43,509 nt of DNA from a virus, in the IMG/VR virus record IMGVR_UViG_3300029286_001647, one strand, 5' to 3'. The notes beneath the pieces are model-generated. The model searched no databases. It was not told where the DNA came from and saw only the letters and a program-made list of their open reading frames with translations. A program made the position numbers and the translations under genes. Shown here in pieces: positions 1 through 9,207 of this stretch. Positions within the stretch are counted from its first letter, which is position 1; every line of letters begins with the position of its first letter.

Positions 1-365
1 GTGAATACTGCCGAATCAGATCTGTTAAACGTACCGGCAGCGACTAGGTCTTTTACATTACAATATACTGGTATGATAACCCTATTATCGTAGCCTCTAG
101 TGTCTTTCCTGGCATCGTTTCTCGACAGAAAAACATGTATACCATAATCAATACTTTTTGTACTCTTCTCATCGCCTGTCAAACGCTTTCTTTTTCTATC
201 TGATCTAAAAATGCCAGAAGACACCCTTATATGACGATAAGGAGTTTCTAAGATGCCAAAACCAATATACCTCAGTACCTTAAATAGTACGAGATTTCCA
301 TTCTCATCGGTGTTAGACTTAGAGCAAAGACTTCTCGCTATATTACCGTTCATTGTAAGGCACAT
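1..365 (-). CDS. hypothetical protein, 3' end off-window (begins MCLTMNGNIARSL)
   Basis: ATG at ~365 on minus strand, open to the window edge; no recognisable motif. Confidence 0.35.
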   Translation of the reverse strand, partial: MCLTMNGNIARSLCSKSNTDENGNLVLFKVLRYIGFGILETPYRHIRVSSGIFRSDRKRKRLTGDEKSTKSIDYGIHVFLSRNDARKDTRGYDNRVIIPVYCNVKDLVAAGTFNRSDSAVF

Positions 366-378
366 CTTTAGTTCTCCT

Positions 379-825
379 TTACGCTCTTGGAACACATCCC
401 TCTAACAGAATATCTACCATATTTTTGGTATTTTGATCCAGGTTCTCATACCACTTTCTTGCGAGTTTATACATTTCCTTCCTATGCTTTTCTCTCTCGA
501 TCTCTTCCGCTTCTTCCCATGCCACTTCTTCTTCAATATCCTTTATATAACATAAGGCGGAATCACCTATTATGCGAACATCATTTTTAGCCTCATCTGC
601 GTATACCATACGCCTATAGGATACTGTATCTTTACTTTCATTTTTATATACTGTATCAGTATATAACGGTGCATCAGATGGCGACAATGTTATTTTGTTT
701 ACTACATCTAATACCTCAGATAGTTTCATATAAGGGAATATGATTCTCAAAGCTTTCATAAACCTAATCTTGTCGAAAACCTTTGAGATATATACTTGCT
801 TTTTGCCCATATTGTAAATTGTCAT
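379..825 (-). CDS. hypothetical protein (148 aa)
   Basis: ORF track; ATG verified at 825..823, overlapping the upstream stop (TAATG). Confidence 0.5.
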   Translation of the reverse strand: MTIYNMGKKQVYISKVFDKIRFMKALRIIFPYMKLSEVLDVVNKITLSPSDAPLYTDTVYKNESKDTVSYRRMVYADEAKNDVRIIGDSALCYIKDIEEEVAWEEAEEIEREKHRKEMYKLARKWYENLDQNTKNMVDILLEGCVPRA

Positions 826-1178
826 TATTCCTTTACCTCTGTTTTTGGCTCAAACCACTTTCCTACATCTCCGCAAAGCCAGTCCATATCTCTACAAGTA
901 GATGCATATTCATTTTCTACTAATGAATTCTCTTCAATATGCTCTATCGCACCAGTGACATTATTCATCTTATCATGAGCAGGTGTAAAATACCTCATAT
1001 TGTTCGCGTGATGACAAGATACTCTATACTGTAAACTTGAGCTACCTATTCTTATAAAAGACCATCTACAATTTACACATGTTCTAACAACAGGAGCAGG
1101 TTCAGTATCTATCTCTACCTCATCAGATCCTTTCTTGCCCTTCCATGACTTGATCTTGTCCATTACCTTTTTCAGCAT
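825..1178 (-). CDS. hypothetical Cys-rich protein (117 aa)
   Basis: ORF track; CxxC...CHH pattern. Confidence 0.45.
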   Translation of the reverse strand: MLKKVMDKIKSWKGKKGSDEVEIDTEPAPVVRTCVNCRWSFIRIGSSSLQYRVSCHHANNMRYFTPAHDKMNNVTGAIEHIEENSLVENEYASTCRDMDWLCGDVGKWFEPKTEVKE

Positions 1179-1308
1179 CTTCTTCTTTGATCCTCTGAGC
1201 CTCTTCTTTAGTGATTTTACACACTTTATTGCGCATCAAAAAGCGCCTTGGAGTGTGCTTACGACTTCCATCCCAAACCAGATTCGGTATCCTCTTTTTT
1301 CCTAACAT
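1123..1308 (-). CDS. small hypothetical protein (61 aa)
   Basis: ORF track; overlaps the next ORF, weak. Confidence 0.25.
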   Translation of the reverse strand: MLGKKRIPNLVWDGSRKHTPRRFLMRNKVCKITKEEAQRIKEEDAEKGNGQDQVMEGQERI

Positions 1309-1406
1309 AATTCCCTATATTGTACTCTATTTATATACCACTACTATTTTGCAAAGGGTGTAAGGTTCGAAAGGTTTTCACTTTTTACCAGTTTCCCCTA
1401 TAACTT

Positions 1407-1417
1407 ATTATACCACA
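1407..1417 (-). promoter_or_regulatory. extended -10-like 'TGGTATAAT' upstream of 1123-1308
   Basis: reverse complement of 'attataccaca'. Confidence 0.25.
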
Positions 1418-2259
1418 ATAAGTTGTGGCTGAAAACGCTTCACTAATTTCTCGTCTAATTCCGCCAAAAAATCTTTACCATACTTTCCGTTTTCTAGGCA
1501 CAGAATGAGGTTTTCTGGTATGTCTTTTTCGTACTCATCGCAATGTGATGCTGCTGACATTGCGATAGCTGCGACTGTATCGACATCTCCGCCGAAATCA
1601 ATACAATTGTAAAGTAGTTCTTGCAATGATTCAGAAGTGACTACTGCCGTGACCGCAGCGTGTACGATGTCCATACCTTTTGACCCTACTTTGCCTTGCC
1701 ACAAATCAAGCCAAGGTCCAGAGGGACCATCTAGTGCCAGATAAACTTGGAGATCATCTTTTGTTCCAAGCTTATTGATGAAGTAGTGAGCCATCATCAT
1801 TGCAATGATTGCCGAGTTAATTCCGTTTTCTGTATTATGGGTGATAGCAGCCTGTATAGTACATAGTTTCTTGGCGGCATCAAGATCTTTGATAAAGCCA
1901 AGAGGCGCAGAGCGCATAGCTGCTCCACCTTTTTCGCTATCAGGCTTTATCTTTTTGAGGAACTCTTTACCAGATTTGATTTCCTGCAAGAAGGCATAAA
2001 AGCGATGAGCATATCCTGTTCTTTGATCTCTCTTAAAGACCTCAACAAACTTGTTGGCAATGATAAGTGGAGTCCACTCTTTCTCGTACAGCATGAGTTC
2101 AGCTATAGCGATACTCATTTGTGTATCGTCTGTATAACGTCCAGGCGCGCCTTTGTGTCTTGGATGATTTATATACATCTTGACTGTATTGAGGTCGAGA
2201 TTATCAGCGAACTCAAAGGCGCTTCCGTAGGCATCAGCTATTCCCATTTCAACTAACAT
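1408..2259 (-). CDS. ADP-ribosylglycohydrolase (ARH/DraG-like)
   Basis: motifs 'ADAYGSAFEF', 'GRYTDDTQMS', 'GGDVDTVAAIAMS' match ARH family signatures; start set at internal ATG (MLVEMGIAD) just past the upstream stop, with an AAGGAAAA ribosome-binding site. Confidence 0.85.
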   Translation of the reverse strand: MLVEMGIADAYGSAFEFADNLDLNTVKMYINHPRHKGAPGRYTDDTQMSIAIAELMLYEKEWTPLIIANKFVEVFKRDQRTGYAHRFYAFLQEIKSGKEFLKKIKPDSEKGGAAMRSAPLGFIKDLDAAKKLCTIQAAITHNTENGINSAIIAMMMAHYFINKLGTKDDLQVYLALDGPSGPWLDLWQGKVGSKGMDIVHAAVTAVVTSESLQELLYNCIDFGGDVDTVAAIAMSAASHCDEYEKDIPENLILCLENGKYGKDFLAELDEKLVKRFQPQLIVV

Positions 2260-2794
2260 TGTTTTCCTTTTCCCAAAAATCAGCACATTTACCACTACAG
2301 AACTTAGCTTCTGGATTTTTATCAATAGTTATATAAGAATCGTTTGCAGTTATCATTTGATTACAATAAGCACAAAAAGAATTACTCTCTTCCCATCTAT
2401 TCGCATGATCTGGGCAACAGAAAACAGCATCAGGATACTTGTTATCAGACGAAAATTGTATTCCTTTTATTACGCAATGACAATAAGAGCATCTTGTTTC
2501 TTCATAGTCTTTTTCATCTATAGTAAGAGTCAGAAGTTCTTTACGAAGCTTTTCTTCTGTCTTCTCTTTTGACTTTATAGCATTTACGAGTTCTGTCACA
2601 TCATCAAAATTAACTTCTACCTCATCAAACTTAGTGATCTCGTCTGCTCTCTGGCTATCTCCCAGAAAAGAGTAGTTCTTATTGATATACAATCCAGCAT
2701 CAGGGACAAATATTTCCTGAATAAGATAAGAACTTCCGTGGATCGCGTCCATAAAACTTTCAGATACTCTTGTCACATATCTTTTCCCCTTCAT
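2249..2794 (-). CDS. protein with two C-terminal FCS/TRASH-type zinc fingers
   Basis: 'CSYCHC...FCCPDH' and 'CAYC...KFCSGKC' match the C-x2-C...F-C-S-x2-C pattern. Confidence 0.5.
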   Translation of the reverse strand: MKGKRYVTRVSESFMDAIHGSSYLIQEIFVPDAGLYINKNYSFLGDSQRADEITKFDEVEVNFDDVTELVNAIKSKEKTEEKLRKELLTLTIDEKDYEETRCSYCHCVIKGIQFSSDNKYPDAVFCCPDHANRWEESNSFCAYCNQMITANDSYITIDKNPEAKFCSGKCADFWEKENNVS

Positions 2795-2796
2795 TT

Positions 2797-3276
2797 TTAT
2801 TCCCCCCTCTTTAAAGCATTTTTGTAATCTTCTTCTGAAATCTCATATTCGGTACAAACTACGCACCATATATTTTTATAGCAATCGAATTCCCCTATCG
2901 CAACGAAATGCTCTTTCTTAATCTTAATAGGAATAGTAATCATCTTACTTAGCCATGCCACAGTGGTAGGTCTATCGAGTCCAGAGTACAAATACTCTGA
3001 TATCAACATCTCATTGCCATTCTCCTCCAAAAAACAATGGCATACCCCGCCATTTAGAGCCTGCCCGTCTGCAAGACAATCTATATGATTAGCCCTAAAC
3101 AACGTCGATAATGGAGTATTAGTGCCAGGCGTTAAAAGGGTATCCATGTACGGAGAAAGCAGAACATCTTTGTGATAGTCACTTACTCTGACTGCTTTAT
3201 AAAACGTCCGCGGTTGACCATCAGTCCAGGCATCGAGATACTCTTGAGTTTTTTTAGCATCTACGATTGTGCACAT
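2797..3276 (-). CDS. MC-family paralog 1 (159 aa, starts MCTIVD)
   Basis: shares N-term 'MCT(I/V)..(K/R)T..(F/Y)L..W.DG..KTF(Y/W)K.V', 'SPY', 'G..H..L' and 'IPI.IKK..F..IG.F' with 4 other ORFs. Confidence 0.6.
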   Translation of the reverse strand: MCTIVDAKKTQEYLDAWTDGQPRTFYKAVRVSDYHKDVLLSPYMDTLLTPGTNTPLSTLFRANHIDCLADGQALNGGVCHCFLEENGNEMLISEYLYSGLDRPTTVAWLSKMITIPIKIKKEHFVAIGEFDCYKNIWCVVCTEYEISEEDYKNALKRGE

Positions 3277-3743
3277 AGGTATTTTCCCTTTACTGCGTCT
3301 TCATAGACTTGTGGGTCGATTGTATATTTCAGAGAGACAACACAAGCTGTTTTCATGTCATCTCCGAAAATGCCTATTCCTCTGAAAGCATCTTTCTTAA
3401 TCTGAATTGGGATCATAGATAAGTCTTTTCTCTCACTCATAGTACGACAATAAACTTTATGAAACTCTTTTGCCTCTGATTCCAATAATAGGCAATGGAA
3501 GAATCCGCAACGAACATCTTCCATTGCGAAAACATCTTCCATCCCTTTAAATCTACCTACAGCATTATCCCCTTTATCGATAGGTATTTCATAATAAGGA
3601 GACATCATTTTAACTGGAACAGGATAGCTTCTTGACACAACGCAAGGTCCAGCGACAACCAGTTTCCAGAAGGTTTTGACTTCTCCGTCTTTCCACTCAG
3701 CGAGAAAACTTTCTGTTCTCGCTCTGTCTACGATTGTACACAT
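3261..3743 (-). CDS. MC-family paralog 2 (160 aa)
   Basis: paralogous to 2797-3276; 16-nt start/stop overlap 'ATGTGCACAATCGTAG' conserved with the next junction. Confidence 0.6.
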   Translation of the reverse strand: MCTIVDRARTESFLAEWKDGEVKTFWKLVVAGPCVVSRSYPVPVKMMSPYYEIPIDKGDNAVGRFKGMEDVFAMEDVRCGFFHCLLLESEAKEFHKVYCRTMSERKDLSMIPIQIKKDAFRGIGIFGDDMKTACVVSLKYTIDPQVYEDAVKGKYLCAQS

Positions 3744-4207
3744 TTGTATTCACCCTCCAAAGCTTTTTGATAGACTTCTGGATCTACGGAGTAGCAAGTA
3801 GATATAACACAATCAACGCCTTCATGATCCGGGAATTCACCTATGCCCAAGAAATCTTTTTTCTTTATCTTGATTGGTATGATAGATATGCTTTTATCCA
3901 TGCTAGGCAAATAGCTACGAAGTTTTTGCGCACTAGCATTATCTAGCAAAGCGTGATAAACACCACCATATATATCAGTTTTGTCGCGCCAGTCTTGGAA
4001 ACATCTAATATATCTAAAACTTTCCCCTTTAGCTATATATGCACTTTGGTATAAAGAAACTAATCCGCTTGGTGAAACCTTTCCAGTATCTTGATTTAAC
4101 GTCTGATATAGACTGAAACAAACCGCTTTGTAGAAGGTCTTTTCTTCTTCGTCTCCCCATTCAGCCAGAAACTTTTCAGTTTTTTCTTTATTGAATACGG
4201 TACACAT
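3728..4207 (-). CDS. MC-family paralog 3 (159 aa)
   Basis: paralogous; C-terminus 'EGEYKCVQS' resembles 'KGKYLCAQS' of paralog 2. Confidence 0.6.
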   Translation of the reverse strand: MCTVFNKEKTEKFLAEWGDEEEKTFYKAVCFSLYQTLNQDTGKVSPSGLVSLYQSAYIAKGESFRYIRCFQDWRDKTDIYGGVYHALLDNASAQKLRSYLPSMDKSISIIPIKIKKKDFLGIGEFPDHEGVDCVISTCYSVDPEVYQKALEGEYKCVQS

Positions 4208-4212
4208 AAGAT

Positions 4213-4584
4213 CTACTCCGCTTTATATGTATCCTGAAACCTTTGTTGTACCGCAGAAAGCGCCACGATTGCTTTAGAGCATTGGAAACCGCTCAGATGG
4301 TAGCAAAGAGCGTCTATCCCATCTGCATCGCCCTGAAACTCTTTACCGATGTTTGAGACAGAAAACAAATGATCCAGCGCCATACCGATACTCACAGAAT
4401 GCAATTCTTGAATTGCTTTCGTGATAAGGTCGATCAGTTCTTGAGGGGAATTGGCAGTGGCAACTGCTGCCAGAATCTTCGTGACAGCGGCTTTATCTTG
4501 ATCCGCCGAAAATGGATGCTGCACTTTGCAGATAGAAAGCAATTGGTCTGGACTGTAATCTTTGTTCACTTCGTTTCCTTTCAA
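4213..4584 (-). CDS. hypothetical protein (123 aa)
   Basis: ORF track. Confidence 0.5.
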   Translation of the reverse strand: MKGNEVNKDYSPDQLLSICKVQHPFSADQDKAAVTKILAAVATANSPQELIDLITKAIQELHSVSIGMALDHLFSVSNIGKEFQGDADGIDALCYHLSGFQCSKAIVALSAVQQRFQDTYKAE

Positions 4585-4612
4585 TAGAAGTCCATTTTAC
4601 CAGAAAAAGGCT

Positions 4613-4969
4613 TCACCAATCCTTTTCTCTTTGCCCACATCTTTTGCAAATATAGATACTTAAGTCACCGGCTCCCATATGTGAATACTTCCAATCGTGA
4701 CCCCATCTAGCACAATTCTCTTTATTCTGCACTTGTATCCTGTCTTCTCGTAGATCTTCGTTTTCTCTTTTCAACCTATCTACTTCTGCCTTTAGCTTGT
4801 CATTCTCTAGCTTTAAATCGTTCTGAATGTAATCTATCTCCAGTGACGATTCTTGTCTTGCTGCTTTCTTGTCAACGCTAAGACATCTCTTTCTGTGAGG
4901 AGTAGCTTTAGACTTTCTTCTACCAGATATGCCTCTAAGATTTTTGTTTGATTTGCCGTAAGGTTGCAT
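4613..4969 (-). CDS. hypothetical coiled-coil protein with C-terminal zinc ribbon
   Basis: start moved to internal ATG (MQPYGK) abutting the upstream stop; 'CKRCGQ' at C-term. Confidence 0.4.
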   Translation of the reverse strand: MQPYGKSNKNLRGISGRRKSKATPHRKRCLSVDKKAARQESSLEIDYIQNDLKLENDKLKAEVDRLKRENEDLREDRIQVQNKENCARWGHDWKYSHMGAGDLSIYICKRCGQREKDW

Positions 4970-4970
4970 C

Positions 4971-5303
4971 TTAATCTCCGAAGTCAGGCACTTCTTTGCG
5001 CAATGGTCCGTCAACCATCTTCTTTCTTTTCGTAGATTGTACAAAACCACATGTTTTACAAGTACGAGTCCACATATCTTCTGTTGTGGGGGAAACATGG
5101 CATGGGAGTTGCCTATCCACTCCCATCGTCCCTACTGGATCGCCAGCGAAGTAGTATCCAGGGGTGCGTATAGGCTCATATTTCGTTTCTGCCCATTGGT
5201 GATGGCATGAATCTTTTACTTGTGCTGCAAGCCTTCTCATATGGTTAGCTTGTTTTTCGAGATCTATTGCGGCATCTATATATTCTTTAAACATTTTTGC
5301 CAT
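4971..5303 (-). CDS. hypothetical protein (110 aa), Cys/His-rich
   Basis: ORF track. Confidence 0.45.
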   Translation of the reverse strand: MAKMFKEYIDAAIDLEKQANHMRRLAAQVKDSCHHQWAETKYEPIRTPGYYFAGDPVGTMGVDRQLPCHVSPTTEDMWTRTCKTCGFVQSTKRKKMVDGPLRKEVPDFGD

Positions 5304-5315
5304 TGATATATCTCC

Positions 5316-5873
5316 TTATTTTGGTTTAATCCTTGCTTGTATGTCCGCCAAAATCTTGTCTGGTTCAAACTTTATGTCATCCATTGCTCCCATAAAGTTT
5401 TCCTCAATTTCCTCATCTGTCTTATCTCTAGCATATTCAGGGTATCTTTTTCTTATATTTATTGCATCAAACAATCTTTCTTCTTCATTGACGGCTTTAA
5501 TAGCATTAGATTCTGCTGTATTCCCATAAGCCATACCCGTATCTGTATTCCAGGGATTTCCGTCTGTAGGGATATAAGCTCTAAGTTTACCTTTACTGGA
5601 ATAGAGGATCCAAAATACAGGAACCTCCCAATCACCGGCGCACGAAATGCCGAGAAATGTCAAGCCATTAGGCAAAGTATGATAACCGAATATGCTTCTA
5701 TCACCTAGTATATCTTCATTCTCACAATCAAAATGGCATTTACTCAGATCCTTTTCTATTTCCTTAGTAAGCTCTCTCCATGTATATCTAGATGAGTTCT
5801 TGGCATCAGTACGGGCTTGATAAATCTTTTCCTCAAGCTCTTCAATCGTTATCTTGTCAAAATGCCTCGCCAT
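5316..5873 (-). CDS. hypothetical protein (185 aa)
   Basis: ORF track. Confidence 0.5.
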   Translation of the reverse strand: MARHFDKITIEELEEKIYQARTDAKNSSRYTWRELTKEIEKDLSKCHFDCENEDILGDRSIFGYHTLPNGLTFLGISCAGDWEVPVFWILYSSKGKLRAYIPTDGNPWNTDTGMAYGNTAESNAIKAVNEEERLFDAINIRKRYPEYARDKTDEEIEENFMGAMDDIKFEPDKILADIQARIKPK

Positions 5874-5886
5874 TTTTTGTTTCCTT

Positions 5887-6033
5887 TCAATCTCGTTCTT
5901 TAGCTTCTACGATTGTGACAGACACAATAGTTGCACCGATGATAACAACCAATACCGATACTGGATTGAGACAGCAAATTACAGCCGCAGCAGCCCAGAT
6001 ACCAGCAATCGCAACTCCTTTCCCAACACTCAT
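5887..6033 (-). CDS. small hydrophobic protein (48 aa), not in ORF track
   Basis: AGGAGG 7 nt upstream of ATG; 'MSVGKGVAIAGIWAAAAVICCLNPVSVLVVIIGATIV...' is one long TM segment. Confidence 0.35.
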   Translation of the reverse strand: MSVGKGVAIAGIWAAAAVICCLNPVSVLVVIIGATIVSVTIVEAKERD

Positions 6034-6044
6034 CTCATTCCTCC

Positions 6045-6242
6045 TTAACTTATATCCAAACAAGCATTACAGATAAAACCATCAAGCACAGAATGTAAAC
6101 AAGAGAAACATATTGTAGCGCCGCACATAATACATTCTTCTGTATCGCACTCGTCTACTCTCGCGCCGCAGTTATCACATTCTACTTCATCGCCATTTTC
6201 CTCATCCTGATACGTCATCGTTCTCCTCCTTATTCTTCTCAA
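6045..6242 (-). CDS. small zinc-ribbon protein (65 aa)
   Basis: multiple CxxC pairs. Confidence 0.4.
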   Translation of the reverse strand: MRRIRRRTMTYQDEENGDEVECDNCGARVDECDTEECIMCGATICFSCLHSVLDGFICNACLDIS

Positions 6243-6606
6243 GTTCTGCTATTTGTTTCTTAAGATCAGCTATGATACGATTTGCCCTTGCAAGCTCCTC
6301 ATTAGTCTTAGCAAGGCTCTGCATCTCTCCCATAATCTTCTCTTGGAAGTCTTTGCTTCTGGCTTCTTCTGAGAAGTTAAACAAGTGCATCATATTTGCT
6401 TCTCTAAAGATATACTCTGTAAGGACAAACAAATCATCATCATCTCTAAGACCAGTACCGCATTCACTGATTGCAGTTATAATGCTTAGATTCATCGGCT
6501 TCTCTTCTTTTAAAGCGCGAGAATAAGCTTTTGCAGCCGCCTTCATCGGTGTATCTGCGATAATTGCTGTCTCAAAATCACCACTTATAATATAATACTT
6601 TGGCAT
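6202..6606 (-). CDS. hypothetical protein with C-terminal coiled coil (134 aa)
   Basis: ORF track. Confidence 0.5.
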   Translation of the reverse strand: MPKYYIISGDFETAIIADTPMKAAAKAYSRALKEEKPMNLSIITAISECGTGLRDDDDLFVLTEYIFREANMMHLFNFSEEARSKDFQEKIMGEMQSLAKTNEELARANRIIADLKKQIAELEKNKEENDDVSG

Positions 6607-7118
6607 TACTCCTCCTTAACAGACTTTTTTAGCTCATTCAGACGCGCTATAATCTTATCTTGAACCCCTTCGAATGGCACTTTATTGTCAAACGTTGGTA
6701 TTGTATATTTCGTGACAACGGCAGAATTAGGTTCTCCTCCCTTATAATCAAACCTGCCCAAAGCGACGAAATCCTTTTTATCTACCTCGACTTCTACAAT
6801 ATAGCACTCGTATGAACAATGTATTAATTGGGCGCAATTGTTTTGAAGTAGAGCAATAGCCCCGCCTTCTATGATCGAGTCTACGCTTAAAAACAGATGA
6901 GCGCCCCTTGTCACTTCTTTAAGCTCAATCTCTAGATGAGAAAGAGTGTTATCTATTCTACTAGAATAGTTTTCACCGAGATTAATCTCCAATCCCATAT
7001 ATGGAGAAAGATATGCCTCAGGATAGCATCTAACAACCTTAAGAAATGTCTTTTTCTCGCCGTCTTTCCAATCTGCAAGAAACTTGCCAGTTGCCTCTAT
7101 ATCCGGTATTAAGCACAT
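6606..7118 (-). CDS. MC-family paralog 4 (170 aa, MCLIPDIEATGKFLADWKDGEKKTF)
   Basis: same motif set as the 2797-4207 trio. Confidence 0.6.
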   Translation of the reverse strand: MCLIPDIEATGKFLADWKDGEKKTFLKVVRCYPEAYLSPYMGLEINLGENYSSRIDNTLSHLEIELKEVTRGAHLFLSVDSIIEGGAIALLQNNCAQLIHCSYECYIVEVEVDKKDFVALGRFDYKGGEPNSAVVTKYTIPTFDNKVPFEGVQDKIIARLNELKKSVKEE

Positions 7119-7629
7119 TTTTGTTCTCCTTTACTGAGGATTTCATTCGTCTCGTCTACTATTGGTATTACAGATAGACCGGCTTCAAGAGAGGGAATGT
7201 TATATTCCATTACTACGGCACAAGTGACTTCCCCATTAGCAGTTTCAAACCTGCCTACCGCAAATATGTCTTTCTTCTCGACTTCTACAGGGATAATATA
7301 CATATTGTCCATCCCATTAAACGTGTCCTTATCTATATGATCTACTTTATTGTCTCTAGCGTGAATCAAAAGATCTTTCTGTAAAGAATCTTTTTCCAAA
7401 AACAAATGGCATCCATACATTACATATTGACCACGAATCTCGTAATCTTCTAGGTAATTGATAGACCTGGCTGACCTATTAATGCCTTTATGGACCCACA
7501 ACCTATAAATGGTGTTATGAATGTGCCATCCTTTTGTCTATTAACAAGCTTCCAGAAGGTTTTGACTTCCCCATCTTTCCACTCTGCGATGAACTTTTTA
7601 GTCGCTTCTAGATCAAGTGTTAAGCACAT
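7109..7629 (-). pseudogene. MC-family paralog 5, frameshifted
   Basis: N-terminus 'MCLTLDLEATKKFIAEWKDGEVKTFWKLV' (ATG ~7629) runs 59 codons to a stop at ~7452; the family 'GCHLFLEKD...IPVEVEKKDIFAVGRF' continues in another frame (7109-7501). Confidence 0.45.
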
Positions 7630-8303
7630 TTCTTCTCTCCTTCTTCTAAGGCTCTTACTTCGTCCTGTTGCTCTTTACTCATTATGATGAAAAGTTCTTT
7701 TTGCTGTTCTATCATATCATGAATCATCTTATCTTTATCCGCCTGAGAAGTATGCTTAAAGTAATCAGGAGTTTTGCAATGTCTGATACCGACAATGCAC
7801 TTCTTATACCTATCAAAAGCCGCTTCCTGATCATCTTCCCATTTTCTCAGTACTGCTGCGAACAGATTAAGTCCAGTCTGAGTGTCAATATGATAGTTCA
7901 TAACGCCTTTGCAGTATCGCTCTTCGATTTCTGCTTTGATCTCATCCATATTCCTGCCAAGTTTTATAAGCAAATCTTTGTTCTTTTCTATATCTGCATA
8001 AGCTGATTTCTTGGCGGGTTCGCCGTACCACTTAATTGGGTCCATACCTCCAGCATATCCTGCAACCCTTATGACTTCTCCAGCGATTTCATTGAGAGGA
8101 ACAGAATACTTAAAGGGCAATGCAGGTCCATTTGCCACCCAATAATACCAAGCTCTGTGCAATGTCCAACCACATATAGAACCTGTGATTTTGCTAGGAA
8201 CTTCTCCGGTTGATTTAGCACCTTTTATGGCGCTTATACCCGCTGTACGGAGTTCCTCTTTGATATACAAATCACATTCCTCATTTCCCGCCAGATTAAT
8301 CAT
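7620..8303 (-). CDS. hypothetical protein (227 aa)
   Basis: ORF track; stop overlaps the paralog-5 ATG. Confidence 0.5.
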   Translation of the reverse strand: MINLAGNEECDLYIKEELRTAGISAIKGAKSTGEVPSKITGSICGWTLHRAWYYWVANGPALPFKYSVPLNEIAGEVIRVAGYAGGMDPIKWYGEPAKKSAYADIEKNKDLLIKLGRNMDEIKAEIEERYCKGVMNYHIDTQTGLNLFAAVLRKWEDDQEAAFDRYKKCIVGIRHCKTPDYFKHTSQADKDKMIHDMIEQQKELFIIMSKEQQDEVRALEEGEKKCA

Positions 8304-8611
8304 TCGTCTTTTTCCTCATCTTTCGGATCGAAAACTTTGTCTTTCATCCAGCCATTTTTCTTGTCATGAGCGTCTTTGCATTGCTTATAGAACTTCTCAT
8401 TGTTAAGTATCATATACAGTAGTGGCAGGATAAGAGGCCATAGGATAATCCATATAATAATAGCCTCTGGTTCGGAAAGAGTACTCTTATTAGGGTCTTG
8501 CAAAGCAAGAAGCTTCTGCATCGCGTCTGGATGCTCCAACATATATTTCTGGAATAAGTCTATACTGGCAATGCCAATAAGAGCGTAGAAAAGTAGGATA
8601 TAAAAAAACAT
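8300..8611 (-). CDS. small membrane protein (103 aa)
   Basis: two hydrophobic segments; ATGA overlap with neighbours. Confidence 0.45.
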   Translation of the reverse strand: MFFYILLFYALIGIASIDLFQKYMLEHPDAMQKLLALQDPNKSTLSEPEAIIIWIILWPLILPLLYMILNNEKFYKQCKDAHDKKNGWMKDKVFDPKDEEKDE

Positions 8612-9207
8612 TACTTAGATTCTCCAAAATGAAAATTGAGACCTTGCATGAACCCACCGAGTCTCAAGAACATAAACACTTTTGCGTCCATCAGGTCTTT
8701 ATCTTTACCGGCGACAAGACCGTAGATGTCATTGGCTGTAGGAATGAATACCTCTATATCCTCCGAAGACTCATTCAGAGAGGTTGAGATTTCTCCCTCT
8801 ACTTCTGCCGCGATAACTACTGCGCATTCGTCTGTGATGCCGGGAGAATTGAACATAGTAGGAGACTCCCACAAAATCTTTGTGATTTCGAGTCCTGTTT
8901 CTTCTTTGATCTCTCTTCGTGCGGCAGACTCAGGAGTTTCATCACCATCAATCAAACCCGCTGGGAACTCTATGACGTAGTCATTGACAGGGACGCGAAA
9001 TTGGCGGATCAGAACTGGTTTGCCTTTGAGAAAAGGAATAACAACGACAGCATCAGGCTTCGTCCTTTTGGCGGGATCTTCGAGACGTGAGGCGAAAATC
9101 CAATTCCCGCGCTTACCGTTATGTTCGTAAGATGACATAAACAGATTGAGGAATCTGTAGGCAGACAACTTCAACGTTTCAATAACTTTCATTTTGCGTC
9201 CTTTCAA
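8611..9207 (-). CDS. Nudix hydrolase, probable ADP-ribose pyrophosphatase
   Basis: perfect Nudix box 'GLIDGDETPESAARREIKEETGL' (G-x5-E-x7-REUxEExGU). Confidence 0.8.
   Translation of the reverse strand: MKGRKMKVIETLKLSAYRFLNLFMSSYEHNGKRGNWIFASRLEDPAKRTKPDAVVVIPFLKGKPVLIRQFRVPVNDYVIEFPAGLIDGDETPESAARREIKEETGLEITKILWESPTMFNSPGITDECAVVIAAEVEGEISTSLNESSEDIEVFIPTANDIYGLVAGKDKDLMDAKVFMFLRLGGFMQGLNFHFGESK

Noticed and set aside
1364-1374. tRNA T-loop-like 'GGTTCGAAAGG'
   Set aside because: No complementary T-stem, acceptor stem or anticodon arm can be drawn around it. It is taken to be a chance match in a promoter region.
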